From NCBI GenBank assembly GCA_013265495.1, contig MU058714.1, positions 992,001 through 1,056,000 of the forward strand: DNA of 64,000 bases, written 5' to 3'. The position numbers and the translations under genes are program-made. Below are positions 24,061 through 37,221 of this stretch, in pieces. Numbering within the stretch: the stretch's first letter is position 1; every line of letters begins with the position of its first letter. The stretch is from Vicugna vicugna (taxonomy: Eukaryota). The notes beneath the pieces are model-generated. The model did no database searches. It saw only the letters and a program-made list of their open reading frames with translations, and was not told the origin of the DNA.

Positions 24061-27000
24061 ATGCGGGGAAGATGCCCTGTAAGGGGAGGTCAGGAGTGCA
24101 GGAGGCGCAGCAGGGACCCCTGGGCCCGGGGGCGGGGGCGGGGGTGGGGGGACCCGCCAGGACGCGAGAGGCGCTTCCTACGGGGAGGAAGCCGTCACTC
24201 TCGCTGTGCCTGCCCGTTAGTGACAGCTGAACAGCAGAAGCGGGCACCTCACACAGTAAGGTTTTAGTGCTCTTCGTCGAGCACTACTTCCCTGAGCCGG
24301 GCCCTCAGCGTCGCGGCCACCAGTGCCCCTGGAAGCGCTCGGTGTTGACCACCCGCCCCCCGGCACTGAGTGGCTTTCCCAGCTCAGCTGGTGAGCCCAC
24401 ACTTCAGCTTCCGAGGGCTGGTTCACAGGGTCCTCTGTTCTCCGTCCCCGCCCCCCCGCTCCCGTGCCCGGCGACGCCACGACATTGGTGAAATGCTGAC
24501 AGATGGGGCGTCCGTGTGTTAATTTAAAAAGGAGAATGTAATTAGTAGCCGGCAGCGTCAGAGTATGTCCTGACGCCGCGTGTGGACCAGTAAGTGACAC
24601 GTTGTAAGTGTGCTTCAATTAAAAAAAAAAAGATAACATTCTGAGTGGGGATCAGGCGGAGGAGGGGGTGTGGGGGGAAGACCACGGACTGCGACAGCCG
24701 TGGCTGGAGTCCTCGTGTCCCCCTCAGGAGCTACGCTCGTGGGACACGCCCCGCGCCCAGCGTCTGAGGAGCGTGTGGTGCTGCCGGCTCTGGGCCCCGG
24801 CCCACCCACCACCCCCACCCCCAGGTGCTCTGTTCCCGTAACGCTTTCCCCGAGCTGCAGCCTGGACGGTGGGCGATACCACTGTGCGCTTCTGAAGCCA
24901 TTTAGGTTTCCGATGAAGACTGAGGGGGCAGAGTGTCTTTTGTACACTGACCCCGCCCACCCTCCTGTGAATGCCGCCATGCCACTTAGGGAAAATTATA
25001 TGCGCACGTCCAGCTGCGCAGTTTAAAAAGCGGTAGTGGCCTCTCCAGAGAGGTTTCATTTTAGAAAAGCTCATTGTGCAGGTTAATTGGCACAGTGATG
25101 ATATCCGAAATGAACCCACTTTTCCCTCCAGACTTTGGTGGGGTGTGAGGTGTGACGATGTGACCAAAAGAGTAGGAACAAGTCACCTCGCAACCCTCGA
25201 GTCCTCGCCGCAGATCACTCTTCAGGACACGCTGGTCTGGGTCTGAGCCGTTGCTCCCTGAAGCCCACTCACCTGGGACGCAGACGCATCGCGCTTCCTG
25301 CGGACGGCGCCACGTGGCCGCCCAGGTCAGCGGGCGTGCGGGGTTGAGCAGCGTCTGGCTTTCCTGCCAGGGCGGACTGCATGCTTTAGGCAGTGCAGAG
25401 GTGAGATCCGGGTGGGCGGCTCCCGGCCCCCCGGGGACCTGCTTCTGAGGACGTGCAAGTCCTTCGCCTCCATAGCTTACCTGTGAGATTTTCCCTTTAA
25501 AAGAAAATGCTGTTCCGTTGTTTTTTTAATTTTTAGATCTTTTTCCCCAGCTGTGCTAACAGTCTGTAATAAAAGTTTGCAAGAAGCAGATCTGGTTTTG
25601 CGGCTCCGAGGCTGGGCAGGACCGCAGCACGCCCACGCACAGCAGGCCCCCGGCTGCCGTGCCTGCCGCGCGCGGAGCACCTTCCTGGGGGAGACGTCTC
25701 GGTGCTCTCACCTGTTTTGTGACCGTCTTCTGGGGAGGTCTGGTCAGAAGACGCAGCTCTTGGCTGCAGCGGGCTCTCAGCTTCTGCCCCTCCGGGGCTG
25801 TGCTGTTTCTCCATGGGGTCCCTTCCACGCCGCGGCTCACCGTGATGCCGACCTGCACGTGGGTGAAGCGTGTCGCTCGTGTGGGGCGGATCTTTGCTGG
25901 GGAGTCCACGCCGTGCTCCGCGATGCACTGCTGCTCCAGGCGGGCTGGCCGGCTGCCTCACCAGTCCCCTCCGCCTTGTGGGCAGTGCCGTCACCTGGGC
26001 CAGCCGTTCCCCACCAAGCGCCCTTTGTCCACTGGATGCCCCTCCTCTGCACCAGCGCCGCCCGCCTTCGGGACGTGGCCTGGGACACGCCTGAGGAGGG
26101 GCGGGGGGCGTCCAGCGAGACGTTGCAGGGGCTTCGGTGCCGGCGCGTCTCGCACGGGGGCTCACCCCATCCTTGCCGGCGGCACCACCAAGCAAGCCGA
26201 GCCTTTGGGAGGCGGAGTGACGCCCGCAGCCACAGAGCAGGAAACCACCGTCCAGACTCAGGCCCAGGCGCCTCTTGTGTCGTGTCGTGTTTTGGTTCAG
26301 ACACAAGTCGAAATCCTTTCCTCTGGATGTGAGAGGAGTCAAGCGTCGAAGCCCAGGGATGGAGGCAGAAGAGAAGGTGGACATTGCCGGGCGTGTGCGC
26401 ATCTTTCCAGCTGTGCCAGGTGGCCTGGGGTTCCGACAGGAGCAGAGTGAGGGAGGGACACCCCCGTCTCCCTGGGGGTCTCCTAGCTGATCTGCAGAAG
26501 CCGCGGCCTAGTGGGCTCCCACGTGCCGCCCCCGCATCTTTCACCCCGCTTGTATCCGCCCTGCCGGTCTTGGTCTGTGCGGGTCCGGCCTGGCCCTATG
26601 CAGAATGCCACAGCGACCTTGTCACCCCTGTGCCCATGGGCAAGGGGGGGGTCACCTCCCTGGCCCAGAGGCCCAGAGATCGGTCTCTGAAAGCTGGGCC
26701 CGGCCACTAGCTCCCTTCCTGCGGTGCAGGCAGGAAAGGGCTCCGTCCCGGGAGCCAGAGGTTACTGTCGGCCTGAGCTGCAGGCTGCACGGCAGGCGAC
26801 CCGTCCGAGGGGCCCCCAGGAGCCGAGGGGCCCGGAGCATCAGGCATGGGGGCTTATGGGGGGCTCCAGGCGTCACCTCCACAACCTGCCTTTCCAGCTG
26901 TCTTCCGGCAGCTTCCTTCACTGCCCCTACGCGGCCTGAACTCCAGCTCCAGGGGGTCGTCACCCTCCTCTTCGCCATCACCAGAGAAATTGGTGGAAGT

Positions 27001-30000
27001 TTTCACACAAGTTCTGTGATGAATGTGGTTTGTCTCAAGCGGCTGCCGCTGCACGGGGTTCCCGGATGTCAGGGATTAACCCCTTCCCAGCCTCGGCCAC
27101 CTCATCAGATCTGCGGAACGTGTGGGTCAGAGCCTGAGCACCAGACGCGGGAGGAGGCACTGGGGGTGTGTGGCGGTTACTTAGCAGCCTTTAAAGCTGT
27201 GAAGGAATTTGTTTTCTAATTAAACTGCTGTGTCTGGAAGTAAATTGCAGTGAACCTTCTCTGAGCACCCCCCGGTTTCTAATTATCTCGGCAAGCCGGC
27301 AGCCTGAGGAAGGGCGCGTTGCCTCGGCAGGACGCATTACCTCCCGAGCCCTCTGAGAGACTGGTGGTGCGATCCGTGCTTGGAAATTAAGGGACATTTT
27401 TCAGCCCTGAAACAAAGTGCTAGGAACGTCGGGTTGTTCAGAAAGCTCCGGGGGCCCGAGAGACGTGGAACCTGTTCCATAAGGCTGCTGGTTAGTATTC
27501 TGATCACTGGAGGCGCAGAGTGCACCCAGAAATTATTCATAATTAACATCTATTGTGTAAACAGCATATTTTAAACAGCTAACGACCTGGTGTCTTGAAT
27601 AAAACGAGTTGCCACGTCCTGCTTTGTCGGAACCTTGAAGAGCAGTTTAGCCCGTTGGGTCCAGGAGCAGTGGCTGGAGCTGGGTCTGGATTGGGGGTTG
27701 ATTTCTGCTTGGAAACCTCGAGCATTTTGTTAACTTAGCTCTGGTCTCCATCTTAAGAGTGCTGGTCTTATGTGAGTCCTGTGGGTACGGCACAACTGGA
27801 AGGACGTGCGAGAGAACTGTTGCCTGAGAATATGGGGGCGTCCGCGGCCGCCTGGTGCAGAGTGAGGGAGAAAATCAGCAGGTGACGTTCTCCGAGCACC
27901 GGCCACGTCCGGGGGCTGGCTAAGGCTCGCCTGGGCCTCCCTCAGCCTTCCCCAGGGTTACCCACCCCCCACCACAGCTGGGGACACCGGGGCAGAGGTG
28001 GGCACGGAGGAAGGGGCCAAGGGGCTCGGGGCTGCGGCGGCTGCGCTTACTGCTCCGAGCTCGGTAGCCGTGATGAGAATTTACTTCGCTGTCAAGTCGG
28101 AATTGTGCACATGTGTTATGTTGGGAAGGAAAACTGTCAAAGGATTCCAGGCTTAATTCAAGAAGCACACTTCTTACCGACAGAAATACATTGTATCGGC
28201 TGGTTGAAGGTGAAAGTCAGTGATTCATTAGCGCCTGCCCATCACTGATGAGTAATGATTCACGGGAAGCTAATTTATAAATGAAAGGGGAAAAAAACCC
28301 CATGAGATGGCGCGGCGCGGGGAGCGTGCGTGCCAGGTGGGCCTGGGCGGAGGGCTGTGCTGAGACCAGAGCAGGTCCTCCCTGGCCCAGAGCATCCTCA
28401 GCCAGCCGGCCTCGGGTCACCCAGGGCCTCGCACTCTCATCCCGCGCGGTCAGGTGCGCCCGCCCAGTGCGGCCTCCCAGGTCCGTCCTCTCCAGCCAGC
28501 GGGAAGGAAGCTCCGTCGGGGGTTGGGGGGAGCTGTGGGTGAGCTGCCCATGGAGCCAGAGAGCTTCCGCGTCCTTCACCGCGGGACCGTGTCCAGGCCT
28601 GTGCAGCACCACACGGGCTGTCAGCCTCCCCACACTCGTGTCCTCTCCTGGTGCCATCGTGTCCCCAGAGCCCCAGAGAAACCCGTCTGCGCGTCTCTGA
28701 TGGGTGGTGGGACCCGGGAGGCAGTGGCTTAGCACGGGCCCATCCGTCACTCTCGGGTTGGCTTTCCTGGTGGCGACATTGTCGCTGAGGGTGGCTGGTG
28801 CCCTGGGGACGCTTTCACAGAGGTCGGTGACACAGAGATAAGCCTGAGATGGCGCCTTGTCCCCCCCGTCCCTGTTGAATTGGGTGCTTCCCCCCCGTCT
28901 GTCTGCTTCTCGGTGACCCTTCTCTGACAGCTTGTCCGAGGTCCAGCTGAACTCGACGTGGAAGTGGTCCCCAGACCTGCCCCTCGATGCCCACGTTTGA
29001 GGGGGCTCCTGAGGTTCTGAGCTTTCTGCACCCAGGAACCAGCATTCCTGTCTTGGACTGGCTGGTCTCTGTCCAAGGCTCTGGGCGGTAACAAGACACC
29101 CTCCCACTGACCTTATGGTCCCAACATCAGAAGGAAACATGGAACTGTACATTAAAATATGTGATGCTCCAAAGTGTGCTGGTGGGGCCGTGACACAGGA
29201 CTGGTGCTTCTCTGAGCAGCAGGGAAGGCCTGTCTGGAAGGGGACCCTTGAACCGAGGCCCCCCTGGCCCAAAGGAGCCAGCCTGGCACTGTGGGGAAAG
29301 CGGCCCCCCGGAGCCGCCCAGACAGTCCGCCACAAGTGTGGTTGTACCGTGGGCGCGGCCCCAGGAAGGACACCGTAGGTCCAGTGTGGAAAGCGGGAGC
29401 GCTTAATGGGGTCACAGCGGCCTCTTGGGGTGTGGCTTGGCTCGCTGCGTCACAGGGACACCGAGGTGCCCTGGAGCGTGGTCAGAACCTCAACCGGAGG
29501 TGGAGCCAGTTGCTCCAGTGGCCGTGTGGAGACGTGCACCCTTCTGTGCCGGCCACGTGTGCGCCTGATGCTGGGCTGATGACGCGGAGAGACAGAATTC
29601 CCAGCAGGGCTGCTGGCTGTCCTGCTCAGCACAAGGTGTGGAGGGAGCCCGGATCCCAGTCCCGTCGCGGACCAGGAAGCCTGGGATCCGCCTCTGTCCA
29701 ACACCTGGAGGTGTCCGTCCAGGTCCGCCACGGAGGAAGCCATGCTCGCCCCTCCTCCCACGGCTTTAGACCAGATGTGCAGAGGAGCTGCTGGTGAGGA
29801 GCCCCAGCACGCCCAGGAAGAGGCAGCTGCAGAGCAGAGCCTCTCAAGCGGGAAGGGCTCCCGGGGGCTCGACTGGGCTCCGTTCCTCCCCTCGGTTTAG
29901 AAGCTGCCTTTTCTGAACATTACAGGTTTTTTAGGGCTTCCCAGAGAACTCCGCCTGGAGGAGGCTCTGCTTGGCTCCCAGGCCTCGATTCTCGGGAAGG

Positions 30001-31399
30001 GGTCTGTCTGAAGATGACCTTTGACACTAGGAAGGCCAGAGGGTATCGGGTTTTCAGGAAATGCCTGAAACAAGAAAGCTGGGCTCGGATTTATTTCTGT
30101 GCTGTTTAATAAAAAGGGTCTGTTTTCCTTGCACCACAGACAAGTTGGTAAGCAGGTGGGAAACGGCTCCCTTCCTCCCTTTGAGCCCCTGTCCCTCTAA
30201 TGCGTTTGCAGCCTCGGAGGGGCTGGTGCTGGCACGTGGCGCTGGTGCCGGCCAGCCGGCCCCGGGCGGGCGGTGCTTTATCACCTGTCCCAGCCGTGGG
30301 AGGAGGGAGGTGCTCCCCCGTGAGCCTCGGAAACCATCACTCCTTCTCACTCGGAATTTTAAGATACATTTTTTTCTGCATTTGCTTCATGGCTAAAGAT
30401 GCAGGTTTCTGCTCCGTGGGAGCTGTCTGGCGCAGGAGGAGAGACATGGGAGGGCACAGCCGCACACACCAGCCATTCGATTCAGAGTCTCAGCGCGGAT
30501 GTTTAAAACCGTCAGGACACGTGCTGCCTGTGTGGGGTCTGAAGAAATATCAGTCGGTTTATTCAGAGGGAGAACTACGCGATTTTCCAGTCTGTCTTAT
30601 CTCGCAAGTGCTGCTCCCCGTCAGGCCGTTTTGATAACCCTGAGCCAACATCCTCCAGGAGAAGTTAGCAAGAGCTTCATTTAAGTCAGTGTTTTTAAAC
30701 AGCAGATCATGGTTTATTCATGGCTGTGAAATCAGTTTGGTGGGTCATAGCCTTGCATTAAAACAAAAAAAAGGAAAAAAGAAAAGGATAGAAAATACTG
30801 CTTTCCTCGTAACATGAATGCTCCCTGGTCCTGTTCCTTGAACGTGTGTATTTACAGGTGACCGTGTGTGTGTATATCAGGTCACCGTGCAAAGTGCATT
30901 TCTCCCCAGGCGTTGTGATCAACGTGCCTGAAAGCCTCTTCTGTTCCCGGGGACCTGGACACACCAGCCCCTAACGGTGCAGCCTTGGGTTTGCTGTTAA
31001 TACGTCAGCCGTCTTTCCCTGTAGGTAGTTGCTGTCAACGGGAACAGTCAATAAACAGCCTCTAATAAGGAAGAGAAGAGGCTCTCATTCAAGCCAAGCT
31101 GAGGACGACGGCCGGGAGGCCCCCCCCAGAGGTCGAGGAGCTGCTCCGGGAAGCCTGGTTCCCCGCACGGTTTTGTATCTCGTCAGGACAGAGAACAGAC
31201 GCCAGACTTGACAGGGGCACCTCCCTTCGGGGTTTCAAGAGGCAGAGGAGCGCGTGCACAGCGAGTCGGTGGGACCTTGGTGTGGGAGGAGGGGCTCCGC
31301 TCTGAAGGAGGCCGGCGTGGGGTGGCTATCTTTGTGTTCACGCGGACTTCCTTCTGATAAAGCGTTCTTCCCTTCTGTGGTCAAAGCAGACGTGCGATG

Positions 31400-32800
31400 C
31401 AGTAGACAGGCTGCTCCCATTCACGTAAATCCAGGCCAGATCACACACAGGCCGGGACGACTGACCTGTCCGTCCCGCGGTGCGTGAGAGCTTCTCCCGT
31501 CTTCGCGAGCCCCCGTGCTGCCGTCAGCCTAGGCCACCTCACGGGTTCCTGTAACCCGCCGCGTCTCCCGTCAGTGTTGCTGGTACATACAGCTCAGCTT
31601 GCAGCCTTGTCTTGTTCAAGAAGTGAGTCTGATGATTTAGTGCCATTTTACTTTGTAAAACTGAACGCCCATGCACCTTTTGACCACCTGCTCTGCCTTC
31701 AGAACTGCAGAAGGCAGATTCGCCACGACTGAGTCCCCTGCTGGTGAAGCGAAGCGAACCTTCCGTCACCAAGAAATGTCACTCCGTCTCTTTAACGCCT
31801 TTGCTGTAGAGTCCACTTCGTGGGGTGGTGGTGGGGCCGGACAGCTGTCCTCTGTTAGTGTTTGTAGCGTGTGTCCTTTTCATATGTGTGTGTGTGTAAT
31901 TTTATGTGTGTGTGTGTGTGTGTGTGTGTATCATTATATGTTTATTTAAGAAGGTTGATATGTGTTTCTGTCGCTTTGTATGTACTTGGGGTGCATCTCT
32001 TTTTAGCAGGACATAGTTGACTTTTGCTCTGTTTATAAATCCAGACTGAAAATTGTTGACTTTGATTGAAGTACGTGGCCTTTTTGTGTTTAGTGCAGCA
32101 ATTGGCACATTTGCGTTTGAACCTGCCGCCCCGTTTGCCTCTTGTTCTCCCCCCACTTCTTTTCCTTGCCTCCCAGTTCTCCCCCTCCGCTGCCTCTGGA
32201 CTGACAGCAGTTGTGCCTGCTTTTGGCTTCCTGCCGTGTGTTCCCCTGCACGTGAGCGGCCGCCCCAGAGCCGTGGGCTGCTGGTGTTTTCTGTTGAAGG
32301 CCGGGCAGTGCACACTTAGCCCTTGTGAGCCACATCCAATCTCTGTTGTTCATTCTTCTCTATCTTTTGTTACAATCCTCTAAAATGATGAAGCTCGCTA
32401 TTAGCTGGCTGGCCACACCAAAAGCAGGCTGCTGGCTGGATCTGGCCCTCAGGCCACAGTTACGGTGCCCCTGGCTCATCAAAATCTAACGTAAATTAGT
32501 GCTCTTACCGCCTCCCAGACGGGCAAGGGCCGTGGGGCACTTAACTTCACTGACCTCCTTGCGACGTATATGATGAGTTCTACGTGATGTGTCGTCTGTT
32601 TCGTCTCTCCGTGCGTCGTCATGCCCAGAAACATTGTTAGCGTTTTGCGAGTCATGTTCACTCTTGTTCACCCTCATGCCTGAGTCTTTGCTGTCTTTCT
32701 CCCTTTCCGGACTCTCAGCTTCCGCCTCACGGTCTTCTTTCTTTATTCCCTTTAGTGCAGGTTTGCCAGTGAAAAATTCTGCTTTTATTCTTTGAAAATG
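31400..32800 (-). mobile_element. Old L1 remnant covering the ORF2 endonuclease N-terminus and ORF1/ORF2 junction
   Basis: Minus-strand PIAALNTKRPRTSIKVNNFQSGFINRAKVNYVLLKRDAPQVHTK resembles remembered SIITLNVNGLNTPIKRQRLSEWIKKQ..TICCLQETH. Confidence 0.55.
31885..31929. repeat. Interrupted (TG)n microsatellite
   Basis: Directly visible. Confidence 0.95.
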
Positions 32801-35010
32801 CTGTAATTTCCTTCATTTGTTTTTAAACTTTAAATCGACGTGGTTGAAATGTCATTTACATTAAATGCAGCGAACTCACTTTAAGTGCAGAGGTTGGTGC
32901 CTCGTGGCAGGTGTGTGCACGGAGGCGCCGTCACACCCACAATGCATCCTGGAAGGCCCCTCGCGCCTCCTCCCAGGCGAGCCCTGCCGCGGCCCCCAGG
33001 TGGACAGCCGCTGACCTGCTCTTCGCTGTGACACGTTAGCCTTGCCTTTTCTAGAGCTCCCGGCAAACAGAAGGCGGTGATGTGTTCTTTTGTGTCTGAA
33101 GCGTGGAAGGGCCGGGGTGTAGGCCAGTGTGTGCTTACCTCGATCATAAACTTCCCGCCCCTGCTCCGAGAGGCGCGCAGCTGGGCCAGATGCGCCACCC
33201 GCGCCGGCCCTTGGCGCCCCGGCCCTCTAAGCCGGCCATCCCAGGGGGCAGTGCTGTGGCCTGGGCCTTCCCTTGCGTTTGCCTCATGGTGTCGGGCAGC
33301 TCTTTCCTCACGCGCTGCTGGCCGGTAATCTATATCCTTTAATAAAATACACTTCCATGTCTCTTGGCAGCTCTTTAATTTTGTTGTTTGTCTTCAAGAG
33401 CCCTTTACGTATTTTGGATATAAGTCATCTGCAGACCTGTGTCTTGTGAATGTTTTTGGTCAGCCTGACTTTTGTTTCCATTTTCACAACAGTCTCCTAA
33501 AGACCAGGGGTTTTTCATTCGGATAAAACCTGATATAATAGTTTTTTCTTCTGTGATTTATACTTTGTGTCCCACCTAAGAAATCTGTGCCTTCCCCAGC
33601 GTTGTGACGATTTTCTCCTATTTTTCCCCAAAGTTTTTTTTTTTTGATTTTACCTTTTATGTTTAAGTTTATGATCTGCTTCAAGGTCACTTTTATTCAT
33701 GGCGTGCAGGGAGTCAAGGGCCATTTCTGTCCGTAGGGATGTGCGGCGTTCCCGCTCCAGCTTGGAAGGACGTTCACGCTGAGTTACCGCGTGCCTTTGG
33801 CAGAAGCCGCTTGGACTGCGACGGCGTGGCCCTTCCGCCTGTGCCGGGACCATGGCTCTGCCCGCGCTGTGCCAGGGCCACCCCGACCCGTCACTGCGGC
33901 TTTGTCGTGCGTCTGCTCCCTTTCGGGGTGGTTGGGCTCTTCTTGCTCCTCGTGTTTATTTCCGTGTGAGCTCTGGAGTCAGCTCATCGGCTTGCAGCGA
34001 GCCTTCCGGGGTTTGTGCGGTGGCTGTGCTGATGTGTGATCGGTCTGAGGAGAGCTCTCGTCTCCACAACACTGGGGCTTCTGATCCACTGGGGAGGGTG
34101 TGTCTCCCCAGTGACTTAAGTCTCTATCTCAGCAGGACTTCGTCCTTGTTTACTTTTCATTTTAACCCTATGAATTCAGCAGATGACCTCCAGCCTCTCT
34201 GGCTGTGACAAAAACAGTGTCAAGTGAGGTTCTCCACGGGCAGGAGTGCTCGGAGCTGTGCAGGGCGGTTCCGCAGGGGTGCATCTCACGACGTGGAAGC
34301 AGAGACGGGTGCTTGCCGGTCAGCGCGCAAGGGCGGGGTCCTCGGGCCTCTGTTCACAGTCTGGCCGGTGAGATCAGGGCTGGTGTCCAGAGAGGAGCTC
34401 TACGGTCGGCAGTGCACCCGTGCACGTGCCTGGGGGGCCGCGCACGCCTACCACGTGGCGCTGCTGGGCCAGACCTTCCTCCCCGGGTGCTGGCTGTCAC
34501 ATTTAGTTTCTGGAATGTGAGGCACGGCCGGGAGGTGGAGGCTGCAGGCCTTTGTCACCGTCCCTGTTGAACACCCTCCTCGCCGTCCTGTCCTGAGAGT
34601 CTGTCTGTTATCAGAGCCGAGCGTGCCTCTGCCCGAGTGCCTCCCGCCACATCGTCTCACATAGTTTAACCAAGAGCGGGTTCTTATGGGCACCTCCTAG
34701 ATGAAGGGGCCGAGCATGAAGGAGCAGCGGGCGGAAGCCCCAGAGCCACACCCGGCCTTTCTGCCTGCAGTGCTTGTGTTTTCACCTGTCTGTGCTTCCT
34801 CCTCCCCTCTTCCAGTTCTTGGAGTCCTCAGTCTAATTCAGATGTTTGTGCTGATGTTTGCACAGCGTAGGTGGGTCCACCCTCTGTGATCATGCTGACG
34901 TAGTTGTCTTGACACTTCGCAGTTTTAACTGTATATCTCTTGCAGATAGTTTGTTAAACTGATTTCAGGTTTTACGTTTGTTTATTTTTGTTGTGGTTTG
35001 GTTTGGTTTT

Positions 35011-35138
35011 GGGGGGAGAGGGGTAATTAGGTTTATTTATTTATGTATTAATTTTATTTTAATGGAGGTGCTGGGGATTGAACCCAGGACCTTGTGCGTG
35101 CTAAGCACACGCTCTACCACTGAGCCATACCCACCCTC
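35011..35138 (-). mobile_element. tRNA-derived SINE, camelid vic-1 type; A-rich tail extends to ~34970
   Basis: Reverse complement: gagggtgggtatggctcagtggtagagcgtgtgcttagcacgcacaaggtcctgggttcaatccccagcacctccattaaaat...aataaacctaattacccctctcccccc; Pol III box A and box B present. Confidence 0.88.
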
Positions 35139-35675
35139 CTAATTTCACTTTTAAAATTGTTTAGTGACAACATATAGAAATGCATCTGATTTTTGTATAA
35201 TAACCTCATTTTTCTAATTGTGTTGAGTTCAGTTATTCTGACAACCGTTTTATAGATTCCTTAAGATCCTGTATATAATTATGTCATCTGCAAATAATTA
35301 CAGTTTCACTCCTTCCTTTCTAATCTTTGTGTCTCTAATTTCTTTTTCTTGCTTTATTGCTCTGGCTGGTGACTCCACTGCAGAGTTAAATAGCAGTGAT
35401 GAACCTGGGCATCCAAGCCGTGACCCTAATTAAGGATCAATTAAGGGGAAGACATTTTACCTCCTTTCAGCAGATGTAATGTGAGCTGTGGTTATTTCAC
35501 AGACGTCCTTTGTCAGACTGAGGGCGTTTCCTTCTTTACGTAGTTTCCTGAGAGTTTTTATTCATGAACAAGCGTTGAAATTAGTCAAATGCTTTTTCTG
35601 CCTTTATTGGGAAGATTGAGTATTCTCCTTTAATCTCTTAATCAGTTGCATTACATTATTGACATTCAAGTGTTA

Positions 35676-35845
35676 ATTTTTTACTGAAGTATATAGTCGG
35701 CTTACAGTGTGTCAATTTCTGGTGTACAGCATCATGTCTCAGTCATATGTGTCCGTGCATGCATCCCTTTTCGTATTCTTTTTCATTGTAGATTACTGTA
35801 AGATATTGCATGTAGTTCCCTGGGCTGTACAGAAGAAACTCATAT
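35676..35845 (-). mobile_element. Short L1 3'-end fragment inserted in the older L1
   Basis: ttttttactgaagtatatagtcggcttacagtgtgtcaatttctggtgtacagcat...gttccctgggctgtacag; flanked by degenerate TSD attcaagtgtta / attcaaatgttg. Confidence 0.7.
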
Positions 35846-35979
35846 ATTCAAATGTTGATTTAAGCAAACCTTGCATTCCTGTGAGAAATCCCACTTAATC
35901 ATGGTGCATTGCCCTTTGATACACTGCTCGATTTGACTTACTAATATTTTATTAAGGACTTAAGCACATGTGTTCTGAG

Positions 35980-36270
35980 GGGTGATGATCTCTGCAGTCC
36001 GGTGGGACGCAGCCACAGCCTCTCCAGCAAGATCTGAACCTTAGCCTTGGCTGGGGCCTCATCCACATTTGCTCCTTCTTTGGGTTACGCTCCTGAGCCC
36101 ACGAGGTAGTGTCTGCTCCCTCAGACAGCACTCCTGCCTTCTTTAGAATTCTCTCTGTCCTTCTTTGTAGTTAGTTAATCTCCAATTTGTAGTTGAAATA
36201 TTTACTACGACATTTTCTCTTTAATTTACCGGCATGGTTTCTGTCTCCTGGGCAGACCCTTCCTAATACG
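35980..36270 (+). mobile_element. MLT2-like (ERVL) LTR 3' part
   Basis: tccttctttgtagttagttaat...catggtttctgtctcctgggcagacccttcctaatac resembles the remembered MLT2 end. Confidence 0.5.
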
Positions 36271-37150
36271 TGTTCCCTTGAAAGTTACATGCACTTTTCC
36301 CTCTGACTGTATTTAAGAAGTTCTCTTTGTCTTAGGTCTTGGCAGTTTCCCTTTGCTTTGCCTCTGGGGGCTTTCTCTGTATTTGTCCTACTCTGGTACA
36401 GCATCTCCTGAACCTGAGTGCTGCAAACTGGATTATGCCCCCCAGGTTCATATGTGAAAGACCCATCTCCCAGTGAGATGGTGTTTGGAGACGGGGCCTT
36501 TAGGAGATGAAAGTCATGGGTGAGAGGAAGGCATGCGGGTGGGGCCCGCGATGGGGTGGGTGCCCTTACAAGGAGGGGAAGAGGCGCTGCCTGTGGACCA
36601 GGGAGGGCAGCCATCCGCGTGTCCGGAAGAGCGTTCTCACCAGGACCTGACCACGCTGGCACCTGGATCATGGGCTTCTGGTCTCCAGAACTGTGAGAAA
36701 GCAGATTTCAGTTGGCTAGTCCACCCAGTCTGCGGCGTTTTGTTACGACAGCCGAGCTCACCCAGTCACGGTGCCTTGATGCCGTCCATCAGCTGCAGAA
36801 GATCCGCCGCCATCGTGTCTTTGACTGTCGCCTCCGCTCCGTTTCCCCGCTCTCTCTTTTTGGGACGCCCATATGCGCACCTTAGGTCTCTTCACAATAC
36901 CCACTACTTCTTAGACGTTTTTCTTATGTCTCAGCATTTTGTCTCTTTACGTTTAACTTTGAGCATCTCTTTCTGACCCAGGTTCTGTTTGTCTCTTCAG
37001 CGCTGTCTGGTCTGACTGTTTATTGAGTCCTTACTGTACTTCTAAGTTCCTGAGGTTTTACAGGTTCCCGCTCTCTGCCGGGGTTTTCCGTCCTGTGCAT
37101 TGACTCCGTGAGGATATTAAGTCAAGTCACTGCGGAGTCGGTGTCTGTGA
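36271..37150 (-). mobile_element. L1 ORF1-region remnant (likely continuation of the 31400-32800 element), split by the MLT1 LTR
   Basis: ttttccctctgactgtatttaagaagttctctttgtctt...; ctctctctttttgggacgccc...; antisense ORF1-type sequence. Confidence 0.5.
36419..36768 (+). mobile_element. MLT1A-like MaLR solo LTR
   Basis: tgctgcaaactg...ccccaggttcatatgtgaa...gagatggtgtttggagacggggcctttaggag...ccagaactgtgagaaa...gttttgttacgacagccgagctcacccagtca. Confidence 0.82.
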
Positions 37151-37221
37151 CCGCCGTCACCTGGGTCTTGTGTCCGGCCTCTTTTCTTGGTTTCAAACGT
37201 GTAAATGCCTGGGTTTGGGGA

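Larger units (their letters stand above)
32820..35960 (-). mobile_element. Second old L1 (3' end through RT region, fragmented), nested in the previous L1
   Basis: Antisense L1 3'-end signature (ttgccttttctagagctcc...gtgttcttttgtgtctg) and RT-region signature (aattatgtcatctgcaaataattacagtttcactccttcctttctaatc; caaatgctttttctgcc). Confidence 0.7.

Noticed and set aside
28217-29335. 372-aa minus-strand ORF, and similarly the overlapping ORFs at 25533-26544 and 55170-55967
   Set aside because: No homology recognised; several overlapping frames are open at once, which is typical of stop-codon scarcity in GC-rich DNA.
35060-35138. tRNA gene
   Set aside because: It has A and B boxes but continues into a SINE body and A-rich tail with no full cloverleaf.
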